Below are positions 11,101 through 23,250 of a DNA stretch of 64,000 bases, one piece after another. Position 1 is the first letter of the stretch. Every line of letters begins with the position of its first letter. The position numbers and the translations under genes are program-made. Under the pieces are notes generated by a model. The model was not told the DNA's origin. It did no database searches and saw only the letters and a list, made by a program, of their open reading frames with translations. The stretch comes from Perkinsela sp. CCAP 1560/9 (lineage: Eukaryota; Protista; Euglenozoa: Kinetoplastea). The stretch spans positions 744,001-808,000 of the forward strand of contig CBFFSA010000005.1 of assembly GCA_965644495.1 (NCBI GenBank), written 5' to 3'.

Positions 11101-11739
11101 CTACTCTACACGTATCGCTGTGCCACCAATATCTACATAACAAACGTCCTGCGGGCTTTGACGAGGTAATAGTGATTCGCGACATACTCCGCGTAACTTA
11201 AAATTATTTGAGAGATTCAAATGCAACAGACCCGCAGGGAGCCTATCCATATTGACAAACCCCTCAAGATTGTTGCTCTTCACATCGAGCACCTCTATTG
11301 CACCTGGCAATGCTTCCAAGTCGAGTTCCCCTGAAAATTGATTGCCAAACAAAATAAGCGCTAGCATCGATCGAGGCAAATCTTTCACACTGATGCCCCC
11401 AGATTAATCATTTCGGGGTACGCTTAACCGCTCTATGGAGTCGGGGAGGTGAGCCCAGGATAGTTGCCCTCGAAGCACTCCCGTCGTCGCTCGCCACTCC
11501 GTGAATAGAAATGGACCAAAAAACTGAAAAGTTACGTAATCGTAATGTATTGGCTTTCTTGCTTCGTTACATGAAACGCCAAACCACTCACAAGCTGATG
11601 TGTTTGCACTCCATGTCGAATGCGGATTCTCAATATCCTTTATGAACAAGGCTAAAGCATATTCCGGCGGCAGTGGAGCTTTGACCTTGCCGAGACGCAC
11701 GGGTGGAGCCTGCACATCTGCTGCAGTGAATGAAAGCAT
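11101..11739 (-). pseudogene. LRR family gene with a single in-frame TAA
   Basis: Two ORFs in the same frame, PRND*SGGISVKDLP; GKVKAPLPPEY motif. Confidence 0.8.
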
Positions 11740-12185
11740 TGATAAAAAATAACTTTACTTGATCTTTTGATTACAATTTCAATCAACCACCAAGCGCTAA
11801 GCGGGTTATTAGGTAAAGAATCTATTGCAATGCAATAAAAAAACCGCCTCAAGTTTACACACATTTACTTCTAAAATATCAAACGGCATTTCAAGACATT
11901 GCTTCCTTTTTCTACAGACCACACAAGTCATGCGCATCTGCTAAAAAGCTACAAGTCTTTCACCCATTGCCATCCGCAGTAAAAACGTACTACAGTAGTA
12001 CTAGTAGTACCACTGTAGTACCATCCTATCCTATACGCTACGTACCCACAGCTCTATAAACTACTACTTTTCTCCTCCCCCTTCCCTTCTACCCACAGCA
12101 AAAGTTTAAAACCCCCTTTCCCTCCTTTCTTTATCTTTGTCCTCTTTTAAAGCCCCTTTTCCCCGTTTTTACACACCCTGCTCTT

Positions 12186-13613
12186 TTAAAAAACACCCGG
12201 CACCATGCGGTACCTTACGACCTTACACAACCGCTCATAGGTTTTGCCATATTTCGCTCGACACCGTGCCTCATCACGGTAGCACCGATCCACGAGCAGT
12301 ATCGTCAAGAAAACTGGGTAGAACAAGCCGAGAACGAGACCCTCTACGGTCCCCAGCCCCGCATAGGCCGCGGTGAGCCCCACGGCATAGGCGAACATGA
12401 GCTCGGCTAAATAGTTAAAATGGCGAACGGTCCCCCAGTACCCGCTGAGCAGCAGCCGCGTCTGTTTGCTCTGCCCATCTTCTGTTTTATAATTTGCCTT
12501 TAAATACTTGGCACGCTTTCCGGAAATGTAAAACACTTTATTTCCGGCCGCTCGAAAGGCCACTTTTTGTGCATCGGCAGCGTAGTTAAGGTACAGAGAG
12601 AAAAGGCCGAAGAGCAGAAGAGCAATCGCAAACCCAGGTGGCATAGAAGAGGTAGCCGAGGAGGACGCCGGCAACGAAGAGGCAAACAACAGACTGATTT
12701 GTGCATACACACAAGGCACCCAGTTGATACAGCCCCAGCAGAGGTAGAACCCCGCCCGGTCATGCATCATGTCGAGTGTCGCAAAGTATCCCCTCTCCCA
12801 CCAAAAAAACTTCCCGAGATAACCCATTTGCAGCAGAAACGCGACAAGATGAGAAATACGCATTTGTGCCAACCCTGCCACTTTGTATTCCGCCCCAAAC
12901 GCACTCACCACAATCAGCGCCCACAACATCATTCCAAAACGGCAATTGGTGAATTGTTTCACATCAATCCCCCCCCACGGAAACCGTGGATGGAGCTCCC
13001 GTCCGGTATAAAAATCCCCCACGACATGGTGCAGCGTACTGTAATCCGCACTCCGGGTGCTCACCCACGCACCCCGCACATACAGCCACACGCACAACCC
13101 CCAGCTCACCCCGTTGGTCCACACCATCAGCTCCGGCAGGTGCCGTGTCCACACCTCAATCGGGTACCCCGCTGCCCCCGGCACCCCGACATCCGAGAGC
13201 GCCACGAACCCCAGCACGGTGACCGCGAAGGCCGCGAAGCCGTTGTCGCGGTAGCGCGGGCGGCGACCCCCGGGGGTGACCGGACCCTCGACGACCCGCC
13301 GCGGGGGCAGCGCGACCAGCCCGCACACCGCAGCGAGCGCGAGGCCCAGCAGCGCTGCTCCGGGGGTCGCGAAGTCCCACGCGTAGGCTACGGGGCTCAG
13401 CGGGGGGTGAAACAGGGGGGCGAGCGAACCGGAGGCGAGCGCGAGACGCAGGGCGTGGAGGAAGGGGGGGAGGCGGGCGTGGAAGACGGTGTGGAGGGTG
13501 GCGAGGAGGAGAACGGTGAGGGGGCAGAGGGACATGAGGAGGAGGGGGCCGAGGGTGGTGCGGCCGAAGGAGAAGAGGCCTTGGGAGGGTTGACGGTGTT
13601 GGGAGGCCCACAT
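12186..13613 (-). CDS. DHCR7: 7-dehydrocholesterol reductase (ERG4/ERG24 family)
   Basis: GRELHPR, DVKQFTNCRFGMM, FFWWE.GY..TLD..HDRAGFY.CWGC..WVP, LLSGYWG..RHFNY, RDEARCRAKYG. Confidence 0.92.
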   Translation of the reverse strand: MWASQHRQPSQGLFSFGRTTLGPLLLMSLCPLTVLLLATLHTVFHARLPPFLHALRLALASGSLAPLFHPPLSPVAYAWDFATPGAALLGLALAAVCGLVALPPRRVVEGPVTPGGRRPRYRDNGFAAFAVTVLGFVALSDVGVPGAAGYPIEVWTRHLPELMVWTNGVSWGLCVWLYVRGAWVSTRSADYSTLHHVVGDFYTGRELHPRFPWGGIDVKQFTNCRFGMMLWALIVVSAFGAEYKVAGLAQMRISHLVAFLLQMGYLGKFFWWERGYFATLDMMHDRAGFYLCWGCINWVPCVYAQISLLFASSLPASSSATSSMPPGFAIALLLFGLFSLYLNYAADAQKVAFRAAGNKVFYISGKRAKYLKANYKTEDGQSKQTRLLLSGYWGTVRHFNYLAELMFAYAVGLTAAYAGLGTVEGLVLGLFYPVFLTILLVDRCYRDEARCRAKYGKTYERLCKVVRYRMVPGVF

Positions 13614-13895
13614 GGGGGGGAGAAAGAGGAGGTAAAAGAAGGAAGGAAGGAAGGAAGAAAAAAGAATGAATTAGGGTAAAGGATACCGTTAAGCATACAC
13701 CTCCTTAGTACGACAGTACCGTACTTAGTGCCATACTATTCGTACTAAGTACGAAAGTTCGTACTAAAAAATGTATACTCCCCCTGCCAGAATAAAATAA
13801 ATACCGTGGAAACATTAAGTAAGCGACACATTAAATGAGGGAACGCCAATTAAGGGAACACTAATTAAGGGAATACACTGCCGACTAATATTATT

Positions 13896-14385
13896 TCTTT
13901 TTTAGGCTCTTCGTTAAACGCGGTGGTTGTTTTCAACTTAGAAGTCACTCATGCTGCGCGCTTCCCGTTGAAAACTACCTCCGCGTTTAACGAAGAGCCT
14001 AAAAAAGAAAATTTAGCCTGGAAAACGGAATGATTATAGCCAAAAATAGCCGAATTTCGGGTAAAAATGGGGTGATTTTTGCGTATTTTTGCTCTCAGAG
14101 CACTAAATCCGACATTTGCGCGTGGGAAATCACTCGTAGGCATGAATGAAAGCCTACCGAACGTATTGGGTAGAGAATGCGACTCCAACCATACCATTCT
14201 TTCGACACAAAAATGCCCCTTTAGGTCCGAAAAATACTTTTTCACCTTTTTTAGTCAAAAATGGGTCATTTTTAGGGGCGCACCACGGTATGAAGAAGGG
14301 ATACCTTGTGAAAACAACTGCGGAGAAAGCTAGTGTAGGTCCCAAACTATCAAAATACAATAGGGGAAACGACTTTGGAAAAATA
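13896..14385 (+). mobile_element. Family A non-autonomous element, partial
   Basis: ~110-bp terminal palindrome TTAGGCTCTTCGTTAAACGCGG...CCGCGTTTAACGAAGAGCCTAA; body near-identical to 15322-15790. Confidence 0.8.
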
Positions 14386-14680
14386 TAAGGCAGAAGGCGG
14401 AGCCTTCTGTCTTTTTGCCGCGGCGACGACGACTTCCTCGCGTGGGAAGCAGTAAAGCGCCATAGGGAGCATGTTCGTATGGCTATGTAATCCAGGCTAA
14501 AGTGGACGAGGGAGATACCAAAGGCACCTTTGGAAAACCACCTCGAAACTGGAACGGTATCTCCCGGTTTGTAGAGCATTCTGATGTGGCAAAAGGGTCT
14601 TTAACGGGTGATACCGTTCCAGTTTCGAGGTGGTTTTCCAAAGGTGCCTTTAGTATCTCCCTCGTCCACTTTAGCCTGGT
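14386..14680 (-). mobile_element. Family B repeat (palindromic CCAGGCTAAAGTGGACGAGGGAGATAC module plus tail)
   Basis: Inverted repeats 14492-14679; homologous to 34466-34740 and 62902-63178. Confidence 0.75.
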
Positions 14681-15321
14681 TTAGAAGAGGAGTAATAGTT
14701 TTAAGCGCGGAGCCTGCGACTTTACCAGTGTCCGTCGGTTCACCCCAGGGAGGAAAGAACTCAACAATATAGGAAAAGTTGAATGTGTGTCATTCGAGTA
14801 GCAGTGCTCAACAAATCAGCGAGAAGTACGGCGTCTGATCTCGAACCATCCGCTCCATCCGGAAAAATGGTGTCGGATTTTTTCAGAAAAAGTAAATCTA
14901 TCGTGGTCGCAAGCGCGATGGGGTTTCCACAAGGACAAACGTGTCGAGATGCGAAAAAATTAACGAACTCCTCCTTAACGAACTGGGCGGGATGACAGCC
15001 AGCGCGGACATGCGCCTGCTGCAGCAAAGGCGAATGTACATCGTTTCAAAGACTGTGCCATGAAGCTTCTAATGGTCCCGACACGTATTCACTACAGCGT
15101 AGTATACAGCTTATGTTGATTGTGTGCAAGTTAAGTTAAAGTTTTTTTTTGCCCCTTTTTCAAAAATATTTGTTTCGCAGATTTTTCAAAAGGTCCGAAC
15201 CCCCCATTTATACTTTCGAGAGTCAGATCCCCCCCCTTTATACTTCCAAAAGTACCGAAACCGGCGGAAGTATAAAGGGGGGTGACAGTAATAATAAGCT
15301 CTTTCCGTTTTCCAGGCTAAA

Positions 15322-16263
15322 TTTTCTTTTTTAGGCTCTTCGTTAGAAGTCACTCATGCTGCGCTCTTCGAGTTGAAAACTACCGCCGCGTTTAACGAAG
15401 AGCCTAAAAAAGGAAATTTAGCCTGGAAAACGGAAAGATTATAGCCAAAAATAGCCGAATTTCGGGTAAAAATGGGGTGATTTTCGCGTATTTTTGCCCT
15501 CAGAGCACTAAATCCGACATTTGCGCGTGGGAAATCACTCGTAGGCATGGATGGAAGCCTACTGAACGTATTGGATAGAGAATGCGACTCCAACCATACC
15601 ATTCTTTCGACACAAAAATGCCCCTTTAGGTCCGAAAAATACTTTTTCACCTTTTTTAGTCAAAAATGGGTCATTTTTAGGGGCGCACCACGGTTCGAAG
15701 AAGGGATACCTTGTGAAAACAACTGCGGAGAAAGCTAGTGTAGGTCCCAAACTATCAAAATACAATAGGGGAAACGACTTTGGAAAAATATTTTTTTTGT
15801 CATTTTTTTCGCCCAGTTCAAATTTTTTTCAAATTTTTTTTCCTAAAAAATACGAACTCGGCGGACCCGTCCTGCGGATACGCAGGAGGGTCACCCCCGG
15901 GTAGGGGGGTGGAAAATGCGCGCCAAGACCCCGGCTACCCTTTCTGCGGTTTTTTTTCGAAAAATAATTTTTTCTAAAAAATTTGCTCGACCATGCCCCC
16001 CCCCCTGGACCCCCCCCATGGACTCCCCATTTTTTTCAAATTTTTTTTTCAGTTTTGGACCACCGGAGCCCCCTTTTATATTTTTTTCTTCTATTATATT
16101 ACTGTGTTCCTCTTTATATTTTCACTGTTTTTGTTCACTTTTTTTTCAATAATCGAGGGTAGAGCGGTAGTTTTACAACCACCGCAACAATCGAGGGTAG
16201 AGCGGTAGTTTTACAACCACCGCAACAATCGAGGGTAGAGCGGTAGTTTTACAACCACCGCAA
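15322..16263 (+). mobile_element. Family A element, ~0.9 kb, ending in 3 x 38-bp tandem hairpin unit
   Basis: Near-identical to 29406-30303 (reverse); AATCGAGGGTAGAGCGGTAGTTTTACAACCACCGCAA three times at 16151-16263. Confidence 0.85.
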
Positions 16264-17207
16264 TTGAGTTTTTAATTATTGGCGAAACTACCGTTACCCC
16301 CCCCCCCCCTTACTTAGCCCCCACTTTTTGGCCCAAGACCCGTACTTTGTGGTGAAGTAAGGGGGGTGGTGAAGTAAGGGGGGTGAATAAATGATTCAAA
16401 GTTCGATCAATTTATAGTTCTCTCGAAAATCCTCAAATTATTGAAGTACACTATGCTATCGACATTGGGCGTAATTTCCTTTTCTTGAGTGTTGTAATAC
16501 CTCGTGTTCCACATTCTATATTTTATGTTTCGTTTAGCTTGTCTACAATGTCCCATGGGCTTTTAACTTTCCCCCCATGAAAATTTCTTACATCGTGAAA
16601 TTTAAATGATGTCGCGGAACATAACCCATTGAACACCAATTTAAATTTTAGAACTACAAAACACTGTGGCGCAACTTTACGATCAAACTGACATGATGAT
16701 GAAACTGACATGGAAGAAAATCGTTCTGAATTAGAAATGGTTCAACATACTAAATCATTCCGGATAGCTCCGATCGGTAACTGGCAAGCCAGACCCTTCA
16801 CAGATAGATTTGGAAATTTCGAGGCCGAAGTCCTCTACCTGTTTTCGTTAGTACAAGGCGGCAACAACGTGCTGCTACCAACCCGTTGCGTCGACGAATC
16901 GTACGGTAAACCCAAGACAATCTTCAAAAGTTATCATTCCTGCAGCTACGAAAACTGCGTACACATGGACAAAGAGAAGTTCTTAGTAGAAGGATGGAAA
17001 AAACCCAAAATTAGGTCCAAAAGGACTTTTGACTCCCAAAAAGATTCAAGATTTTTTACGGGGAAGAAAGTAGCATTTCACCAAAAATTAGTTTTGAAAT
17101 CGTGCTGAACAAGAAGAGAAGTTACATCTTTCTAATCTTGTCAATTATTTTTCGTCATTTTTTGGTATTTTCAGGCAGTTTATAATTAAAAATTATTTTT
17201 TCCGCCC

Positions 17208-17760
17208 ATGGCCCAGGCACCCCCAACCCTTTCTGAGTCTCACTTTTGCGTCTCCCATACAGTAGTCGAAGCGGTGGAAGAGTACAACAGTAGAACTAAC
17301 GAGCGCAAGCGTCAGACTTAGAGTGCAGATGAGAGAAACGATTTTTTCACATTGCGCAACCATCATTCAATTGCAGATAGCATTCGCATATGGAATCAAT
17401 CACATCAAAAAAATGCGCAGAAGCAGCGCCTACCGCTTGCGAAATGAAAGCGATATACGAAAGCGTGGTAGGCAACGCGCTTTAACGGCAGAAGAGACCT
17501 AAGATATTTTAGATGGAGTAAAGCTACAGAATGATGCAAGCAAACCTGAAATTCTTTTTGAAAACGGGGGGCCATTTTCAATGTGCGACTCCTGGGCAAG
17601 AAATTTCTTACACAAACACGGTTTTGCTGTGCGATCAGCACCCTCTGATCGGCGTGTTTCTCCCCGTGAAATAAAATGTGCTGGAGAGCATTTTCTATGA
17701 GGATCTAAAACATTTCAGCGGTATTCGACCTGAGCTTGTCTTTAACATGGACGAGTTCTT
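17208..17760 (+). pseudogene. Degenerate pogo-like transposase 5' fragment
   Basis: MAQAPPTL...FCVS, IWNQSH and VRSAPSDRRVSPREIKCAG..FY..LK...PELVFNMDEF align to ORF 58052-59353. Confidence 0.75.
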
Positions 17761-17942
17761 AACATAAAACAAGGGAACACTAATTAATGTTCCAGGATAG
17801 GATACCTAGTAGGTATACTAAGTGGGTACGGTATACTGCCTTTGGGCGTAATTAAGTTTAGACCGGTACTTTTTTGGACCAAAATGACCCAAATGCAAAG
17901 CGCTGGTTCGGCGACGTACACCCACAGCCCCTCATTCGTCTA

Positions 17943-18797
17943 TCAGCTACTGCTCTTTGCAAACAAACTCGTATGTAGATCAGGAACACCTTTCGTATTT
18001 TCGATGTTTAAGTTCAGCATTGTTCGCGGAAGAAGAAAAGAATGAATTTCCACAGAAAGATTGATGTTCTCACGCAGATTCAGGACTTCTAATTGGGGAG
18101 GAAGGCAATTTAGCTGCACCAAACCAGAAAAATTATTGTCATTGCAGTATAGCCTCTTAAGTGAAGGGGGTAAAATCTGCAAGTTTAAGGACCCTCTAAA
18201 CCGATTTGTCGCCAAAGAAAGGCACACCAAGTTTCGTGGTAAATTTTCAAGGTGAATTTCTCCGTAGAAAACATTATTTTGTAGTTCTATCGTAATCAAA
18301 CGCGGCGGTAAGTACATAAGATCGACATTTCCTCTAAAAAAATTTACATTCAACATGAGAACTTCCAAAGTGAGCGGCAACTGTGTTAAGTCCACCAAAC
18401 CCTTCTGCTTGTTACCAGACAAACGAAGATTCTCCAGGTGGGGTGGGAGCTCCTTCACAGGGAGTGTTCCGTTCAGTCGATTGTTACGAATATCACAATC
18501 CAACACTGTACAGGGAAGTGAATCCCATCGAAGGGATCCTGTGACCGCCATACGACGCCAATCAATATGGGTGACCAGTAATTCCGGACCACACATTACA
18601 CCTGCCCATGCACATGCAGGTGTTGACTCGTTCCAAGAAAGTAGCGGATATGCAATATTTTCAGTAAAGCGAACAAGTTCGTATTCTTGTGGTAAGTTCA
18701 CTCTTCGTACTTTACTGGGAAGTCTGTGCTGTGAGTTACTATTTGAAACATCGGCAGTGTACAGTATAGGACACTTGTGTGATAAATGCGGGTACAT
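17943..18797 (-). CDS. LRR family protein
   Basis: SKVRRVNLPQEY, TPACAWAGVMC, about 8 LRRs. Confidence 0.88.
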   Translation of the reverse strand: MYPHLSHKCPILYTADVSNSNSQHRLPSKVRRVNLPQEYELVRFTENIAYPLLSWNESTPACAWAGVMCGPELLVTHIDWRRMAVTGSLRWDSLPCTVLDCDIRNNRLNGTLPVKELPPHLENLRLSGNKQKGLVDLTQLPLTLEVLMLNVNFFRGNVDLMYLPPRLITIELQNNVFYGEIHLENLPRNLVCLSLATNRFRGSLNLQILPPSLKRLYCNDNNFSGLVQLNCLPPQLEVLNLRENINLSVEIHSFLLPRTMLNLNIENTKGVPDLHTSLFAKSSS

Positions 18798-19076
18798 AAA
18801 GTAATGTACAGTAATGTATGTAGAAAATGAAGTGCAGGGGGAAATAATCTATACCACTTAAAAAACCGTTACAGATTGATGCGGTGCAGCACGCAAGCTT
18901 TGTAAAATGATATTCCTGTGGAAGGCTCGCTCCCTGTGGCTTATCAATAGACGCTTGTGCTTCGAATTAGAGCTACAGAGCATAGGACACTATGCAGTAT
19001 TCTTGTTCTATCCTGTGCCATTTCGTGCTACCCACAGCGAAGATACTACACCCCCGTTAATTAATTTTTATAAATA

Positions 19077-19254
19077 CTGTCCCCCCCGTTTAAGCGCACC
19101 TCGTTTTCCGTGAAAAGTGCGCTTAAACGGGGGGGGTCTGAATCAGTACATAAAAAAATTTGGCGCCGCTTCGCGGCGCCGGAGACTCCACCTCAACTTT
19201 ATGTGCGCTTAAACGGGGGGTCTGACCGGGTGCGCTCAAGGGGAGGGGGGACAG
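19077..19254. mobile_element. TA-flanked MITE (TIR CTGTCCCCCC)
   Basis: TIRs, TA on both sides, internal palindrome; partial copy at 24010-24146. Confidence 0.78.
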
Positions 19255-19289
19255 TATAAAACGTTTGCATTTTAACCACTGCACAGTTA

Positions 19290-21076
19290 ACCCGGGGTGC
19301 GGATTAATATGAAAATGCGCTTAAATATCCAAATAGCACTTTAATATCCAAGTAGGCACTTCAATATCCAAAATAGCACTTTAATATCCAAATAGGTTTT
19401 TTCACTTCAAAATCACATCCTGGAAACTGTCGCATCCGAATACTTGAAGCGCCATTCGGAAGAGCTGAAATGTCAAGAAACAACTTGGGAAATTATTTCT
19501 GAATGTAGTTCCTTAGAAGGTGATTTTGAGGCATCGCCGTCCGAAGAAGCGCCAAGTGGAACGGAAGACGCTCATCAAGTTTATAGGGTGGCAGAAAGTT
19601 CTGACCCAGAAGAAAGTGAAGGATCAGAAAGCAGCGAAGAAGGCAACAGTGAAGAAGAAGATGATACTGACAGTGTGGAAGAAAGCCCAAGCACCGAACA
19701 AGTGAAATTAGGTGGAGCTTCATCAAAAAATTCATTCCCCGCATACGTTTGTTCATCGCACTTTATCCACTAAGTTGTTTCGCCGTGTTTTCAATTTTGA
19801 TGAAATTCCCTTGTCCCTGCGAGGTTCCATGCGATCACTTAAGACTGTGGCAGATATTGCGGAACAAGATATTCGAGCTTCCGTCAATCCTAACGACCGC
19901 AAACGTTGCGCGACTCTTATTTGTGGTGCCGGCGTAGTCATTGACGAAAATTTGAACCCCGTGAAGCACTTTTTTACTAAACCAATGATTCTCTTCAAGG
20001 CTAAAAGCAACATTGTAATCAATGAGACGTTTGATTCTCGAACCACGCGCAGCATAACAGCGAAGGCCGTTGTCAATTCACCATTTTTCATCAAGTGCTT
20101 CATCCCGTTTCTTCGAGCAGAATTTCGCGCACATCGCGTTGAAGGCCCAACTCTTACGATTATGGATTCTGCGCGCCCCCATATTACCACAGATGTTCTC
20201 CAGGCGTTTGCAGAAAAGTTACAATCACACGCGGCTGTTCTCCCTGGTGGATGCACATGTTGGCTCCAATGGGTTGACGTTTACTATGCTTTCCACTACA
20301 AGGCAGCTCACACATCCCTATGGGAGGCAGAGCACAGTATCACACGTACTGCAAAGGAAAAGCGTACGTGGTTACACTCCATGGTCGCACGACAAAATTA
20401 CTTCTAACATGAATGTAAAGGATCAATTCGCCAAGTTGGGTTACTTGAACCCTTCACTTGCCCAGTTCCACTCCCCCAAGCTAGAAAACTATAAATACGA
20501 CCCGCCGATAATTCCTGCAGACCGCGTGCATCAGCACAAGATAAAAATTTCCCAACAGTTTCAACGCGGTGCACAGTCGGGCATTAGAACCGGGCCTCTA
20601 GATTCCTTTTTGACGATGCAGTTGACATCAACGCTCCAAGCAAGCAACACGCAAGCCATTGAAGAACTGTAAGGTCAACAACTGTAATGTGATCAAGTCG
20701 AAAGATGAAATTGAAGCCTAAGACCCAAGAAGCAAGTTGAAAGGAGGAGTTGAAACATAAAATTAAAAGACCTTGTGAACGTTATATCTTTCGTATTTCT
20801 CTTATAACATTTATAATATCATAATGTTTTTTAAAAACGTCCTGCACTGAATAATCAATATTCTAGAAACGTGATTTTCCACGTGTATTCTAACACTATG
20901 TCTCCCTCGCAGCCCCACCAATCAGCACCTTTCCCACCAATCACAGCCCCGCCATACTTCATTTGGATATTAAAATGCTTGCACTTTAATATCCAAATAG
21001 AATTTTTTTCACTTTAATATCCAAATAGCACTTTAATATACAAATCCGTATTTGAATATTAATCCTCACCCCGGGT
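19290..21076 (+). mobile_element. pogo-like (DDE_1) transposon, defective
   Basis: TIR ACCCGGGGTG.GGATTAATAT, TA TSD, subterminal CACTTTAATATCCAAATAG repeats. Confidence 0.85.
19712..20672 (+). pseudogene. pogo/DDE_1 transposase catalytic core, frameshifted
   Basis: FNFDEIP, IMDSARPH, PGGCTCWLQWVDV (D,D,D); the C-terminus apparently continues in another frame. Confidence 0.8.
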
Positions 21077-21634
21077 TAATATTCCTGGTAGGAATATTAA
21101 GAGGGTATAGGAATATTAAGAGGTATAGGAATATCAAAAAAATTAGCAGAAAAGGACCAAACATTTTTTCGCGCCGCTTCGCGGCGCGGTCTTTGCTCTT
21201 GTGCTCATTTTTGGCTCTTTAGGGACTGTGCGCGCGTTAAGCTTGCTATTTTGATGAAAAAATCATCCAAAAAAGGGAATATTGAAGGATGTGGTGTGTG
21301 GATCTCAAGCAAAGAAACGGGAGGTGTCAGGGAGAGGGGGGGGGGTAGGAATATTAAGCACCATTGGGACACTTGATATTCCTGGTAGGAATAATACGAG
21401 GGTATAGGAATATAAACCCGGACAGTGGTTTATATTTATAAATATATTTTATACAAATTATTTTGCGAAGGTACCGGTGGACGTCACCACTATCACGTAC
21501 TTTTCCCGATGATGGTGAAAGAATCAGCATTCCCAATACTTTCGGAATGCCGTTTCGACCACTTTGATGAAAAAAGGCATACAAGTTTGAAAAAAAGTTT
21601 TATAAATTATATAACGAAGCATGTTTTTTATATA

Positions 21635-21958
21635 AACCATGTTCCAGGATAGTATACCTAGTAGGTATACTAGGTGGGTACGGTATACTAAATTTTGTCT
21701 AAAAAGCAAAAAATTTTTTGCGCCGCTTCGCGGTGCGTTCCTTATCTGTAGTTGCTAGAAAAATGGTGCCTTGACCTTAAAATGCGATTTCTTGCTTGGG
21801 GATTGCTAGAAATGTTGCTCTGTCGCTTCAAAAGAAGGGACGTCTCCCGCTGCTGTTGCTGGGAGGGGGGTGGTAGGTATACTAAGTGGCCTTGGGACAC
21901 TTAGTATACCTACTAGGTATACTAAGTGGGCATGAGTATACTATCCTGGAACATGGTT
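21635..21958. mobile_element. TA-flanked MITE (TIR AACCATGTTCCAGGATAGTATAC)
   Basis: Perfect 23-bp TIR, TA on both sides; fragment at 17788-17838. Confidence 0.85.
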
Positions 21959-22313
21959 TATTAAGAAAAGTATAAAAGTCGAAAAATCACCCGTTTATAA
22001 AAATATATTAGCGAGGGTGTACGAATGAAGGAAGGACACTGGGTTTTGTGAGGCAAGCGAAGGACACAGGATTCCCAGTTGGCCGCTGGCTCCCTCAATA
22101 GATTGCGCCTCCCTTGGGAAGTTGACCCTCTCTTTGACAATTCATGGTTACCGCAAGTGCATGACGCACCCTTGGGTCGGATTCATAACTAAACCCCCGT
22201 CCGGGTTAATATACCCCCCGGTACAATAACTAGCTACAGGTACAACACGTAGCTACAGGTACAATAAAAATTCCGAAAAATACAGTAAAGTATTCAAATA
22301 CGAGTGGATTATA

Positions 22314-23198
22314 TTGCGGTGGTTGTATAACTACCGCTCTACCCTCGATTATTGAAAAAAAGTGAACAAAAACAGTGAAAATATAAAGGGGAACACAGTA
22401 ATATAATAGAAGAAAAATTTATAAAAGGGGCTCCGGTGGTCCAAAAATTTTCAAAAAAAAATCGGACCCTTGGGGAGTCCATGGGGTGGGGTCCAGGGGG
22501 GGGCATACCGCACGAAATTTTTTTGAAAAAAATATTTTTCGAAATAAAAGCGCAGAAGGCGTAGCCGGGGTCTTGGCGCGCATTTTCCACCCCCCTACCC
22601 GGGGGTGACCCCCCCTCGTGTGCGCAGGACGGGTCCAAGTTCGGATTTTTTCGGAATTTTTTTTGTGAAAAAAATTTCAACTTGAAAAAAATGGTAAAAA
22701 AAATACTTTTCCAAAATTGTTTCCCCTATTGTATTTTGCTAGTTTGGGACCTATATTAGCTTTCTACGCCATTGTTTTCGCGAGATCTCGCTTCTTGAAG
22801 CCGCGGTACGCCTCCCAAAATGACCCATTTTTGACCAAAAAAAGCGAAAAAGTAATTTTCGGACCTAACGGGGCCCATTTATGTCAAAAGAATGGTATGG
22901 TTGGAGTCGCATTCTCTACCCAACACGTGCAGTAGCCTTTCATTCATGCCTACGAGTGATTTCTCACAAGCAAAAGTCGGATTTAGTGCTCTGAGAGCAA
23001 AAATACGCAAAAATCACCTCATTTTTACCCGAAAATCGGATATTTTTGGCTATAATCTTTCTGTTTTCTTCAGCTTTCCAAGCCAAATTTTCTTTTTTAG
23101 GCTCTTCGTTAAACGCGGTGGTAGTTTTCAACGCAAAGCGCGCAGCATGAGTGACTTCTAAGTTGAAAACAACCACCGCGTTTAAAGAGCCTAAAAAA
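22314..23198 (-). mobile_element. Family A element, diverged copy
   Basis: Reverse-complement homology to 15322-16263 along its length. Confidence 0.8.
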
Positions 23199-23250
23199 GT
23201 TACGGTTATTTTTAATTACGGTTATTTTTAATTGCGGTTATTTTTAATTA

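Larger units (their letters stand above)
19274..21430. mobile_element. AACCACTG-family MITE interrupted in its left TIR by a pogo element
   Basis: Removing 19290-21076 restores ACCACTG...GTTAATATTCCTGGTAGG, as at 331; right TIR CCCGGACAGTGGTT+TA. Confidence 0.65.

Noticed and set aside
11404-11406. Stop-codon reassignment suggested by in-frame stops in LRR genes (also 27377)
   Set aside because: Different stops at different expected residues, one accompanied by a frameshift; conserved genes have no internal stops and end in standard stops
12567-13679. 370-aa plus-strand ORF and similar antisense ORFs over GC-rich genes
   Set aside because: Shadow ORFs of DHCR7 and other GC-rich genes
16151-16263. 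38-bp hairpin repeats as a CRISPR array
   Set aside because: No spacers and no cas genes; it is the tandem terminus of family A
19287-21079. piggyBac-like TTAA/CCC termini
   Set aside because: The copy ending at 62871 is followed by TAG, so the TIR starts ACCC with a TA TSD; the transposase is DDE_1/pogo
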